The notes under the pieces are model-generated. The model saw only the letters and a program-made list of their open reading frames with translations, did no database searches and was not told where the DNA came from. A program made the translations under genes and the position numbers. From NCBI RefSeq assembly GCF_002113885.1, contig NW_018479811.1, forward strand, positions 1 to 51,898: a stretch of 51,898 nt of DNA. The letters run 5' to 3'. Positions within the stretch are counted from its first letter, which is position 1, and each line of letters begins with the position of its first letter. This document shows positions 37,355 through 49,755 of this stretch, in pieces. The DNA is from Mizuhopecten yessoensis (taxonomy: Eukaryota).

Positions 37355-38883
37355 GTATGTCAATTGTTTTATTAATCAAAAGTATATTACTATTTCAGAT
37401 AAGTAAAGACCGAATTAACAAAATCTGTAAGAGTAAAAGCCAGAGGATTCATTAAAGACGCACCTTTCTAAACGGTTCACATATTTGTAAGTGTGGTACC
37501 TTATGGGAATATTGGAGCATTCCATTGCGAGTTATCGTTAAACAAGACACTCCTCGTTTGAGCACACTTATTACATGTACGAAATCGTGCTTGAAAAGAA
37601 GTCAATTTAAAACAAAAAGGGGTATGTGTGGAAAAAGAGTTGTATAGGCACCAGAAGGTTTGCTATCAATGTGTTCACTGTAGAAAAATAATTCAGAGGT
37701 CATGTGGAGTTATAAGAGGGTTTCACTTTGGAGTACGAATTCAATATCTTTTCTGTGCTTCAAAAAGTGTTTTACTGTATATAATGAACTATATAAGGGA
37801 ATGGAAAATAAATCTCCTACAAGTGTCCCTTGCGCTTCATTCTCATAGTAAACACAACATATAAAAAATCCCACAAAAAACGACATACAACGAATCCATA
37901 CGAGACTGTTCGCTCACAATAGTACAGAAATAAATGCCTTAAGTACAGGAAAAGACAAATGTATAGTGATATTCATCACCGATAAGTTATGAAATATATT
38001 GTGGTAAAGTTAAAAGTTAAAGTTCAATTTACGGATCACTAATACAAACGACCAATACAACTTTATATATAATGTACGATAGGTTGCTTTTTTACTATTC
38101 AATAATTCAGAAAACGACTCTTAAAATTGATTGTAAGGGGAATACTATTCTTCTTCTCTAATTCTTTTAACTTAAGAATATTTCGGAGAAATGTTGTGCG
38201 TAATTTTACAATTATTAAATCACTCTCATAACACCGATGTCGTAACTGTGTTTCAAAATTGATTAGTTTTTATATGCAAATCATTGACTTAGAAATTCAA
38301 TGAAGTTGCATTTCTTTGTAAGCCTTATCTTTTATATTACGTTTTATTTGTAATTGATAGATAACAGTTTTTAGATAAAAAGTGATACAGAGTTAGTAAT
38401 TAAGAAGTCAGTGATTGGTATTCCTTTTAGTATACAATGTGTCTCCTAGTCGAGGAAAGATAACTACTCTCATTTCCATGAAGATCCCTTATTGATTATG
38501 AATGAAGAAAACTTCCGATCGCCAAAACTCAAATATGTGTTTGTTGGTATTATAATTTTAATGTGTATGCCCGTCGTTCTAGTTTTGAAAAAGTAGAAAT
38601 CTACAAATTCAGCAAAACGTACCAAAGCACTCTTTTTTCCTTAAAAAAGGAAATACATTTTATAACGTTTACATTTCTTTCATAAAAATGATAACCTTTA
38701 TTAACGTATGCTTAAAACACTCATAATAATCAAAAATGCAAGGTCTCGTTTCCGAATTATGCATATGAATTCTTATATTTAATTGAGGATTTGGATATGA
38801 TTTAAACTGCGATAGACATATTCTGTAGACATAATTTATGTAGTATGTTGCTCATTCATTTTCTGTGTTTCTATTCCATATAG

Positions 38884-39951
38884 ACTGCCAAAAATCGTGA
38901 ACTTAATGACCTTTCCAAACGACAATGAAGACAAAAATAAATTAGCAGCAAGCTGGGATGTCTGCACTGGAAATGCATTCGATAACAACATTCCCGAATG
39001 TACCCTTTTAAACCTATGTGGCAATTCTGAAACCGACGAAACACACCATAAGTTTTACTCTGGATTAAAAACAAACATGTCCGACAGCCTTAACAAGTAT
39101 TTTATTGGCGAGTTGTTCCAGCAATCTTCTGATCTGAACACAGAAACAAGACCCATGTTTTATACGCCTGATTTTAGTACATGTAGCAGAGGTATTGATG
39201 CCGTACAACCCGCAAACAGTGTCGATTTACCAACTCCGCTGGGAGAAAGACAAAACAGACAAAGTGATAGTCTTGAAGTGATAGATTCTACGGAATCCAT
39301 AACGCATCTCATGCATACACCGTCACAGTCGTCGAAACTTAACGCGATGGAGAATCAGTCGGACTCGGCAAGTTCTATAAGGTCCTGTGCGTTTTTGAAT
39401 GGCTACTTCCGAGCTAACAGTATCTATTCATTAGATGATACGAATCCAATTAACTCAATGGAAACCATTCAGTATAGTGACACCAAATCTGAAGAAGAGG
39501 ACAATATTTGGGGCACGCCTAAACTTAGACAACAAGACTTGTATTTAAAAATGCTCAGAGAACAAGAAGTGAACCAAATACAACAGCTTCAGGGAGATAC
39601 AAGTACAACCAAATAACCAGGACTACTAAGCATTCATCATCCTAAGTTGTCCTCTCAACGATCTGTGAGCGAAAGTGATATTAATAATTCCATGGAATTT
39701 GAAAACACAGAAACAAGACCCATGTTGTATACGCCTGATTTGTATACATGTAGCAGAGGTATTGATCCTGTACAATCTGCTAATAATGTCGATATACCAA
39801 CACTGCCGGAAGAAAAACTTCAAAGTCAAAGTGATAGTGTTGTAGTGATAGCTACTACGAAATCCACCACGCATCTCTCGAATACACCGTCACAGTCGGC
39901 GAAGCCTAACGCAATTGAGAATCAGTCGGACTCGGCGAGTTCTAAAAGTTC
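38884..39951 (+). pseudogene. Gene A3 exon 2 (runs into the assembly gap): in-frame TAA at 39614-39616 and an internal 567-bp duplication
   Basis: Acceptor CCATATAG|A. ORFs starting at 38897 and 39647 share a frame around one TAA. NTETRPM(F/L)YTPD recurs at 39137 and 39704. Confidence 0.65.
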
Positions 39952-40667
39952 NNNNNNNNNNNNNNNNNNNNNNNNNNNNNNNNNNNNNNNNNNNNNNNNN
40001 NNNNNNNNNNNNNNNNNNNNNNNNNNNNNNNNNNNNNNNNNNNNNNNNNNNNNNNNNNNNNNNNNNNNNNNNNNNNNNNNNNNNNNNNNNNNNNNNNNNN
40101 NNNNNNNNNNNNNNNNNNNNNNNNNNNNNNNNNNNNNNNNNNNNNNNNNNNNNNNNNNNNNNNNNNNNNNNNNNNNNNNNNNNNNNNNNNNNNNNNNNNN
40201 NNNNNNNNNNNNNNNNNNNNNNNNNNNNNNNNNNNNNNNNNNNNNNNNNNNNNNNNNNNNNNNNNNNNNNNNNNNNNNNNNNNNNNNNNNNNNNNNNNNN
40301 NNNNNNNNNNNNNNNNNNNNNNNNNNNNNNNNNNNNNNNNNNNNNNNNNNNNNNNNNNNNNNNNNNNNNNNNNNNNNNNNNNNNNNNNNNNNNNNNNNNN
40401 NNNNNNNNNNNNNNNNNNNNNNNNNNNNNNNNNNNNNNNNNNNNNNNNNNNNNNNNNNNNNNNNNNNNNNNNNNNNNNNNNNNNNNNNNNNNNNNNNNNN
40501 NNNNNNNNNNNNNNNNNNNNNNNNNNNNNNNNNNNNNNNNNNNNNNNNNNNNNNNNNNNNNNNNNNNNNNNNNNNNNNNNNNNNNNNNNNNNNNNNNNNN
40601 NNNNNNNNNNNNNNNNNNNNNNNNNNNNNNNNNNNNNNNNNNNNNNNNNNNNNNNNNNNNNNNNNNN
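39952..40667. other. Assembly gap (716 N)
   Basis: Run of N. Confidence 1.
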
Positions 40668-41589
40668 TCCTAAATTTACACCAACCACGATTGTTATCGC
40701 ACAACGTCGTCTATCGTTCGCACATCGTGCAAACATCGTTGCACAGATCGTGCACAGACCGTGCACAGACCGTGAACACTTCGTGTGAGCATCGAATGTG
40801 CGATCTCACAACTGTATTTTATCAAACAATGCGGATCAAAAAACAACACAACTACATATGGGAAGTGTGATCTAATCGTGGTGTTTTAGGCCTGACACTC
40901 GGAAAATGAACTATATCGCAATAACCTTGAATTTTCGTCATTGCAAGTACCAGGAAATCATTGTAGTATATTGTAGTAATACTTTTTTTTATTGAAAATA
41001 GGAAGCAACAAACTTGAATGTGTATGTCTCAATTTACATTCATGAACGTTTGACTTCCGTTTTAACTGTTGCAATGTAGAAGCAATTTACATATCAAATT
41101 TAAGTTAAACCTATACAATCTGTTCTATTTTAAGGAAATAGCTATGCTCTTGTAACGGTATTGTTAAAATCTTACATATCATTTAGGTAGGTGTATGATA
41201 CGAGGTCATCACCTCTCTATAACTACAAACTATCTACATTGTCTATAAATATGTAACTACCTGATATTTTTGGGGGTGAAGACACCCCTCTCTGCAACTA
41301 TATCATACCCGTTGTTTAAAGTCAAACCTACCTTAGGCACCCGCCGTAAAATTAAAATGTCAGGTGTAAAACTTAAATCAAGTAGCCATTGAAACTAATT
41401 GTACATACCTAGAGTAAAACCTGCAAGAGATTGCTTCCTTTTATGATGACACTGTAGCATGTTCCTACTGCATACAGCCACTAGGGGTATACTTAATTGT
41501 GTAACAAGGATAAAATCCCACTGTTTCCTTGCAGATCTTAATTGTGATTTTGTCATCTTGAAAACAAATGTTTATGTCCATTCGTTTAG

Positions 41590-41926
41590 ATGACAGTTCT
41601 GCGGTCTTTCACGAAATTGTATCCACGAGGAGTTGCCGTTTCCCCGGACGACGGCACCCTGATAGTCTGTATGACGTCTCAGCCTGTTGGGCATGTGATG
41701 GAAGAGCCTTCAAAGGACAGTTGTCTGATGCGATTCAAAGGCGAAACTCCAAACGAAACCGGAACAATTGTGAACAAAGGAAATTATTTCGGATATCCGG
41801 TAAAGGTAACCATTAACATGAATGGACTTTTATTAGTGTCAGATTTCGGTTTGAGATGTTTGTTTGTTTTGGATCAGGGGGGAAATATGTTGAGGACGTT
41901 TTCTTCACTAGGAGGAGGATCACTGT
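41590..41926 (+). other. Partial duplicate of A3 exon 3 (with upstream intron), cut at a single N; probable haplotype/assembly overlap
   Basis: About 41128-41926 repeats as 41928-42731 (offset ~805 bp) with scattered SNPs. The junction is the N at 41927. Confidence 0.7.
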
Positions 41927-42394
41927 NTTTTTTAAGGAAATAGTTATGCTCCTGTAACGGTATTGTTAAAATCTTACATACCATTTAGGTAGGTGTATGA
42001 TACGAGGTTATCACCTCTCTATAACTACAAACTATCTACATTGTTTATAAATATGTAACTACCTGGTATTTTTGGGGGTGAAGACACCCCTCTCTGTAAC
42101 TATAGCATACCCGTTGTTTAGAGTCAAACCTACCTTAGGCACCCGCCGTAAAATTAAAATGTCAGGTGTAAAACTTAAATCAAGTAGCCATTGAAACTAA
42201 TTGTACATACCTAGAGTAAAACCTGCAAGAGATTGCTTCCTTTTATGATGACACTGTAGCATGTTCCTACTGCATACAGCCACTAGGGGTATACTTAATT
42301 GTGTACGAACAAGGATAAAATCCCACTGTTTCCTTGCAGATCTTAAATGTGATTTTGTCATCTTGAAAACAAATGTTTATGTCCATTCGTTTAG

Positions 42395-42976
42395 ATGACA
42401 GTTCTGCGCTCTTTCACGAAATTGTATCCACGAGGAGTTGCCGTTTCCCCAGACGACGGCACCCTGATAGTCTGTATGACGTCTCAGCCTGTGGGGCATG
42501 TGATGGAAGAGCCTTCAAAGGACAGTTGTCTGGTGCGATTCAAAGGCGAAACGCCAAACGAAACCGGGACAATTGTGAACAAAGGAAATTATTTCGGATA
42601 TCCGGTAAAGGTAACCATTAACATGAATGGACTTTTATTAGTGTCAGATTTCGGTTTGATATGTTTGTTTGTTTTGGATAAAGGAGGAAATATGTTGAGG
42701 ACGTTTTCTTCACTAGGAGGAGGATCACTGTGGCATGTACATGCTTTTACAAGTAACCTCGTTAGATCGTTCTACGTTGTTCAAGGAGGAGCTGGGACAC
42801 TGTCAATCACACGACTAGGAGAATACCTAGGAACCTTGGAGGAGACATCGACATCAACTAAGTATGAACGTTTAGTAAAACGTACAGTTGAAACGGCTTC
42901 AATGAATACGGAGGGGCAGATAGTTCTAGGATCTGGAAATATCATCACACATGTTTCTCTCATGTATTCGTTATAA
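42395..42976 (+). CDS. Gene A3 exon 3 (NHL propeller, full length)
   Basis: Acceptor TTCGTTTAG|ATG. 193-aa open frame, near-identical to A1 and A2 exon 3. Confidence 0.8.
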   Translation: MTVLRSFTKLYPRGVAVSPDDGTLIVCMTSQPVGHVMEEPSKDSCLVRFKGETPNETGTIVNKGNYFGYPVKVTINMNGLLLVSDFGLICLFVLDKGGNMLRTFSSLGGGSLWHVHAFTSNLVRSFYVVQGGAGTLSITRLGEYLGTLEETSTSTKYERLVKRTVETASMNTEGQIVLGSGNIITHVSLMYSL

Positions 42977-43553
42977 GGTGCGGATTGTCAGACATTTTTA
43001 ATGAAAAACAGTCATAAACGTTGTTCGCTCTATTGTTGTGAAACGTTGGACAGATTTTGCTAAGGTTAGGATTAAAGAAACTAAACATGCTCTTCTTCTT
43101 AGATGGTATTGTATAGGAGGCGAACTGTATTTTATAAATCGACAATAAAGTAAAATATCAGTTAGATCATCAGCTTTTGTCAGAAANTTCATACCATCAA
43201 CAGTGTTTAAAATATGCATTACGTGTGGTGGATTCTTTTCATATGAAAAAGATGAATGGCGAATATCAATGTATACTTCCTCAAAAATGACAGGTTAGGA
43301 AACTGAAAAAATAACGGATGTCATAAATCCTTATGATATAGCTGTTCTTACTTGTACATAAGTTTGATTATTCAATCACCGAAAAACAAAGAATCCAATA
43401 ATTGAAAAGACAGGTGGGAAATATACAGAAATCGGCAATATTTAAGTTGTAACTGTATTGTTATTGAAACAGTGGCATGTAACTCAATCATATACTCCTG
43501 GCCATTGAACCTTCATATGAACATATGTTATGAAGGAAAATAAATTGAGTTTG

Positions 43554-44878
43554 TATACACAAAATACAAAAACAAGTTTATACACAAACTGTACCCTTTA
43601 CTACAAATAATTTACACACATAATTTTGATCAACATTTTTAGGTTTCAGTATATATCATACAATGAGAACAGTGACTTCAGGCTACTAACTTAGTATCAC
43701 AGACTTGCGTATTTTATTATATAATACCATCTTACACAGCCCACAGAGCATGTGTGTATAAATACAGATCAGCATGTCCATGCATGACCACAGTGTAAGT
43801 ATAGTGATAGGTGAAGGTCATTGACCAAGATCAGCACATGTAGCCAATCAGCGCACAGGAATGTAGATAAGGCAAAGGTCATTGACCACTGGTCAGCATC
43901 AGCATATTAGTCAATCAGGTTGCAGGAATAATGCGCGGCAATTAAGATAATTAACATGAACTGCGTTACCAAAGTCAGTTTTAAAATGTTCTTGCTGGGT
44001 GAAAGACGTATCACCATTAGAAAGCTCAACTTCATCGAACCGCCACCATCCCCAGCCACCAGCCTTTATTCATCTATATATATATATTTTATATAAACAA
44101 GTTATTTAGGAGTTAATGTTCTTCCAACAGGTACTTCACGCATAATATTAGGAGCTGGCATGATATATAGCTAACAGGTCTTAAGGGGCTATCCACTTCT
44201 CAAAAACCATTTCGGCTTTTACGGGATATTGTTACGTTCTTTGGCCCCAAGTGTTATATTACTAACTATTCAAAAAGTATACATGTGTAGTATACAATCA
44301 GGCTGTTTAAACGACTCACGGCGAAGAAACCCTTGAGACTCACGGCGATTGGGCTGGTCTGTACAGCTGTCGGACCTGGCAGTCTGGTTGTATCTAATTA
44401 GTGGAGTTCGGGTTCATCGGATCGAGTGTGGCACATGTGTTTTCTCTTGAGACTCACGGCTCTTGGGTGGCTCACCTCTCGTGACTCGCGGCTCGAATAC
44501 AGTTTTACATACTCGGTCTATAATCCCCATGCATACTCCTAGTAATTCAGCCTCTGTGACATGACGGCAACAGTATATAGATATTGCATAATATCATATA
44601 ATATCATGTCATTCCCAGTGGGTTAAATTACCGTTAGCTTAAAATATGCCAGCCCCCATGTAAAGCCAAATGTTAAATATTTGTATGTGTTGATGTATTA
44701 CAATGTTATGTAATGATAATAATAGTGTCTGGGATTGACAGAGGGAGTGATACAGTTGTATTATATAGGATGACAGAGCAGTGCGTGTGATGAATGTATA
44801 CATGACCTACTATCGTTTAACATGTTTAAATTTAATCATATGTATAAACTTACACTACACTTTTGTTGTTTGTGTATA
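43554..44878. mobile_element. ~1.3-kb TIR element (TATACACAAA...TTTGTGTATA) with internal direct repeats
   Basis: Interrupts GAAGGAAAATAAA|CAAGG, which is continuous at about 6744-6765 and 34225-34245. Imperfect terminal inverted repeats. Internal GACTCACGGC repeats. Confidence 0.6.
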
Positions 44879-47256
44879 GACAAGGAAAATAATTTGATTG
44901 TTGTTGTTTGTTAATCCCAGATGTGAGAAATAAATACTTCATTATACACATACGCCGTTGGTTATAAATGTACATGTACAACCTCGATTATAGCTAGATA
45001 GATGATCGCAATCATACGTTTTATTTGTTTTACTGAAACTATAATTTATACATAGTCATATAGAATATAAATGTAAACTTTGTGGATTGTTCTTAATAAT
45101 TAGAATGGAGCCAAGTGATATTTTATATACAAATTCATCACAGGAGGTATGGTTACATCCAGGGTGGATGGCGTTAGCACCTTTATACATATGTATATTT
45201 AAGTTATGTTTTTATCGAGTTTACATTGATCTTCAAGGTTATACTGTATGTACAAAATCAACATTTAATATAGACTTTTGTGTTGGTGAATATTATGTGA
45301 TATGAACCTACCATGCATAAGTCGAAGTAAAGCCAAGGTCAATATCACTTGTTCAGGTCCAAATCTTTTAACTGAAGGCTAACGTGTTTAATACTCTCCG
45401 GATAAGTACCAATGACGTACATTCATATATCTCTCAACTTTTTGAGGTCGAGCACGAAATACAAGTTTGATCACTTGTAAATTATTCATTACAATTGCCA
45501 AATAATTAAATAAAAATGAATTAAACTGATTTATACTCATTCCTACATTGTCCTACAAGTGAAAAGAAAAGGGTTTTATGTTAGTTGCCGTCATATGCCT
45601 GTTTCTGATTTAAATTTCCCGTCGACAGATGATCTGTTTTAAGAGGGGTTGCAATCAAGCTGTATGCATGTCTGTTTCCAGATAGGTACCGATAAACCTA
45701 ATGAGGGGGTAAGGCTTGTTGAATTATGATTTATATTTTGATATTTCAAAATGTCATCTGTACTTCATTCCTCAGTAACCGAATCAAGTGCGTTGCCTGT
45801 GGTAGCACTTAACTGATCGCTGAGTCTGTTCTTAGTATCAAATGGTGTAGATAGTAACACTCTGTTAACATATAACACAGTCTTCTGGTGGTGAGGAATT
45901 TTGCTATCCATATAATCAGGATAACAATTTCAACCCTCAAATGACAGTTCCACTTCATAAACCATTGTTACAATTCTTTTATAAATAATACATTTTTAAA
46001 GGTAACTTCCCAGTGTATAATGATGATGCAATCCAATATAACACATTTGTCTAGTTAGGGTGTGAATGATAATAGAAATGAGGCCCTAAAAGCAGTTGTT
46101 CAAATAACACCACGTGTTTGAAGGTTACTTTCTGTCCTGAATTTCCTTCATTTGTTTTGTTACTAAATACTAGCTTACATTTATAGCAATTTAAAGTGGC
46201 TTACATTTTCAGACGACCATACGCGTGTTTTAAAGAACAAAGGTTTTAAGCCCCCTACAGGACATGAGTTGGACATAAGATACAAAATTATCTGCCGCAG
46301 TGTTCTCCGTTTTTAAACAATACGTATGAAATTAAGAAAGGCAAAATATCATGTATACTGGTTTGTTGATACAAAGATGTAGGATATGAACTTGCTGTTA
46401 CAATTATAGTGATGTGAGAAAAGAGGCCTACCAAGATATCAATTAAGGCATCATACAACAAAATACATTACCGATATCAGAATGACACCAGGAAATCTAA
46501 AGTGAAAGAAGGTTCCTATATTTCTAAATACTTTCTTTAGGTTGGTAAGTATGGATGAATCGAGTCATTTCGGTACATATATAACAACGATTGTACATAT
46601 GCTTACAGCGTAGCCGAAATCGACATCGATTTTGTGGACAACTTTCGTGAAACTGTGACCTGTGTAAATTGTAATATGTAATTAGTTTGTGTAGATTTAA
46701 CGAAATGCCATTTTTACATGTATATGGAAACAATGCTACAATGTCCTTTCAGAGAACGACGCTACGCTAAATAAGGAAATAGAAACTATGTTGTATTCGT
46801 TTCGGAAATGAGGTCTCAGTCAACGATTGTTTAGCCTCGACAATATCATTGTTCCAGTATACAAATACTTCAACAGTGTACATAGTCTGGTGATCACGTT
46901 ACCGGGAATTGTAAATATTAGGCAGTGATTCTTCTCACATGACTTCATTGCACACTGTGTATTCACGACAAGGGGTTTTATATAGTTGATACAAATAGCA
47001 TGCAAGGTCATTAACACTTGTGCATGCGTTGTAAACATCTGGAGGTGTGTGATTGTTAACTATAATCCCATATTCGTGTAGTATTTTCCTGCCATTGACT
47101 CCGTGGCATATATATTAATATTATATGGAGTTTGGTAGGATAATATAATGTCTAAGTCGCAGTGACGTTTCAGGAGAAATCGTATAACAATGGCAAACTG
47201 GCGGAAGGGAACATCAGTTTATGTTTGTGATTATATTCAACCACACAACGCCACAC

Positions 47257-47411
47257 ATGGCTATCCCCAGACAAGATGGTATACAGGATATCAATGCTGA
47301 CCTACTTGACGATGTTTCGAACCACCCACCACCACGTCCTCCAAGAAAACCATTGACAACTCAAGGGAAGCTTACTGAATAACAACATCTAACTAGAAAA
47401 TCAAATCCCAG
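47257..47411 (+). pseudogene. Gene A4 exon 1 with in-frame GAA>TAA at 47380-47382
   Basis: 155-nt paralogous exon with intact donor. CTT ACT GAA TAA CAA here versus CTT ACT GAA GAA CAA in A1 and A3. Confidence 0.75.
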
Positions 47412-49755
47412 GTATGTCATTTTTTTCTATTAATCTAAAGTATACTACTATTTTGAATAAGCAAAGAACGAATATACAAAATATGTAGGAGTAAACGTTA
47501 GAGGATTTATTGAAGACGCAACTTACTGAACGTTTCACATATTTGTAAGTGTGGTGCCTTATGGGAACACTGGAACATTCCATTGCGAGTTATCATTAAG
47601 AAGGAACCACTTCATTTGAGCACATTTATTACATGTACGAAATCGTGCTTGAAAAGAAATACATTTCAAACATAGAGGGGTGTGTGTGGAAAAAGAATTG
47701 TATAGGCCCCATAAGGTTTGCTATACAAGTGTTTAGCTGTAGAAAACTAATTTCATCAATCCCTAGACGTTTGCTATAAAAGCATTTTACTCTGGAGAAC
47801 AGTATGTATTAATGTGTTTCACTGTAGAAAACTAATTCAGTGGTCCTGTGGAGTTACAACGGGTTTCATTTTGGAGTACAAATTCGATATCTTTTCTGTG
47901 CTTCAAAAAGTGTTTTACTGTATATAATTAACTATATAAGGGTATGGAAAAACAATTTCCTACAAGGGTCCCTTGCGCTACGCTTCATTCTCTTCTTTTT
48001 TCGATGCTTAATCTCTTTATTTTGAACTCAAAGCCATAGTCATGATTGCATCGCAACCATATGTCGGTGTCTTGTGTAGAAAGTAGCGACAATGTAAATA
48101 ATTGTCGAAAAGTCAAGAGTTCGTTTCGGAAAACTTTTTGTGTTATTAATAAAATGAGATCTACTGAATCGCTAATCTATTATTAGCAGTCAGATATTTA
48201 TTATTTAACTCAAATACTTTTATAATAAATCCGAACTTATATACCGTTGTGATTTTCGACCTAGTAACAACAACATACAAAAAATCCATAAAAACGATAC
48301 ACGACGAATTTATACGAGAATGTTAACTCACAAATATTTTCTCAAAAACAATCTGACGTATACATTTAATTAAATTATTATTTTCATGGAAAACTGATGA
48401 AATAATAGTTGATGGTATTCCATTTAAGGAGACAGGCATATACGTTTATGATTCTATCGCCAAACTTTGTGGAAGTAAGATTTGTTCAAGATCGTATTGT
48501 TTGGGGCATTTAGAAGTACCGTTGGGAAGGATCGAAGACCGCAATGTATTCGTGTATATATCACAGAAAAGCCTGCAAAGATGATATCATATATAAAACA
48601 TAAGTCACGAGTGATTAAGATGTGCTATCTCATGTATAGACGATATTTGTTAGATAAAATAATGTATAAAACGGTACCTGTAAATACTAGTAGTAAAAAA
48701 AGGTATTGGATTAGAAGTAGAAGGCTTCAAACGATACAACCCATACTCATTATAAACAATAAATGACACTGATCTTAGGTAGTTAAAGACCGATATATTA
48801 ATACTCATTTAAGATATTCAATATATGTGTCTTCTTTAAAAGTTTCATACAAATTGTACAAAATAGTTTTGTGTATTTAACAGTGTTTTGGAAACTGTGG
48901 TAATGTGTAGAAATAAATGCCTTAAGTACAGGGAAAGACAAATACATAGTGAGAGTCATCACCGATAAGTGAAAGATAGTGTGGTAAAGTTAAAAGTTAA
49001 GGTACAATTTACGGATCACTAATACAATAATTCAGAAAACGACTCTTAAAATTGATTTTAAGGGGAAAACTATTCTTCTTCTGTAAATCTTTTAATGTAA
49101 GAATAGTTCGGAGAAATGTTGTGCGTAATTTTACAATTATGAAATCACTCTCATAACACGAATATCGCAATTGTGTTTCAAAATTATTAGTTTTTATATT
49201 TTTTATATTATATTACGTTTTATTTGTCATTAATAGATAACAGTTTATAGATGAAAAGTGATACAGAGTTAGTCAATTAGAAGTCAGTGTTTGGTATTCC
49301 TTTTAGTATACCATATGTCTCCTAGTCGGGGAAAGATAACTACTCTCATATCCATGAATACCCCTGATTGATTATGAATGAAGAAAACTTCCGATCGCCA
49401 AAACTCAAATATGTGTTTGTTGGTATGCTGATTTTAATGTGCATGTCCGTCATTCTAGTTTTAATAAAGTAGAAATCTACAAATTCAGTAAAACGTACCA
49501 AAGCACTCTGTTTCCTTAAAAAATGATAGACATTTTATAACGTTTACATAATGTTCATAAACACGATAACCTTGATTAATGTATGCTTAAAACAATACAT
49601 AATAACCAAAAATACAAGTTCTCGTTTCCGAATTATGCATATGAATTCCTATATTTAATTGAGGTTTTAGACTCTAAACTCCTATAGACAAATTCTGTAA
49701 CCATAATTTATGTAGTATGTTGCTGATTAATTTTCTGTGTTTCTATTCCATACAG

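Noticed and set aside
40690-40815. Cluster of (A/C)CGTGCACAGA-like short repeats next to the gap
   Set aside because: Probably the end of an inserted element, but its other end lies in the gap, so it cannot be delimited or classified.
39915-40870. Long ORFs in several frames
   Set aside because: They only run through the N gap.
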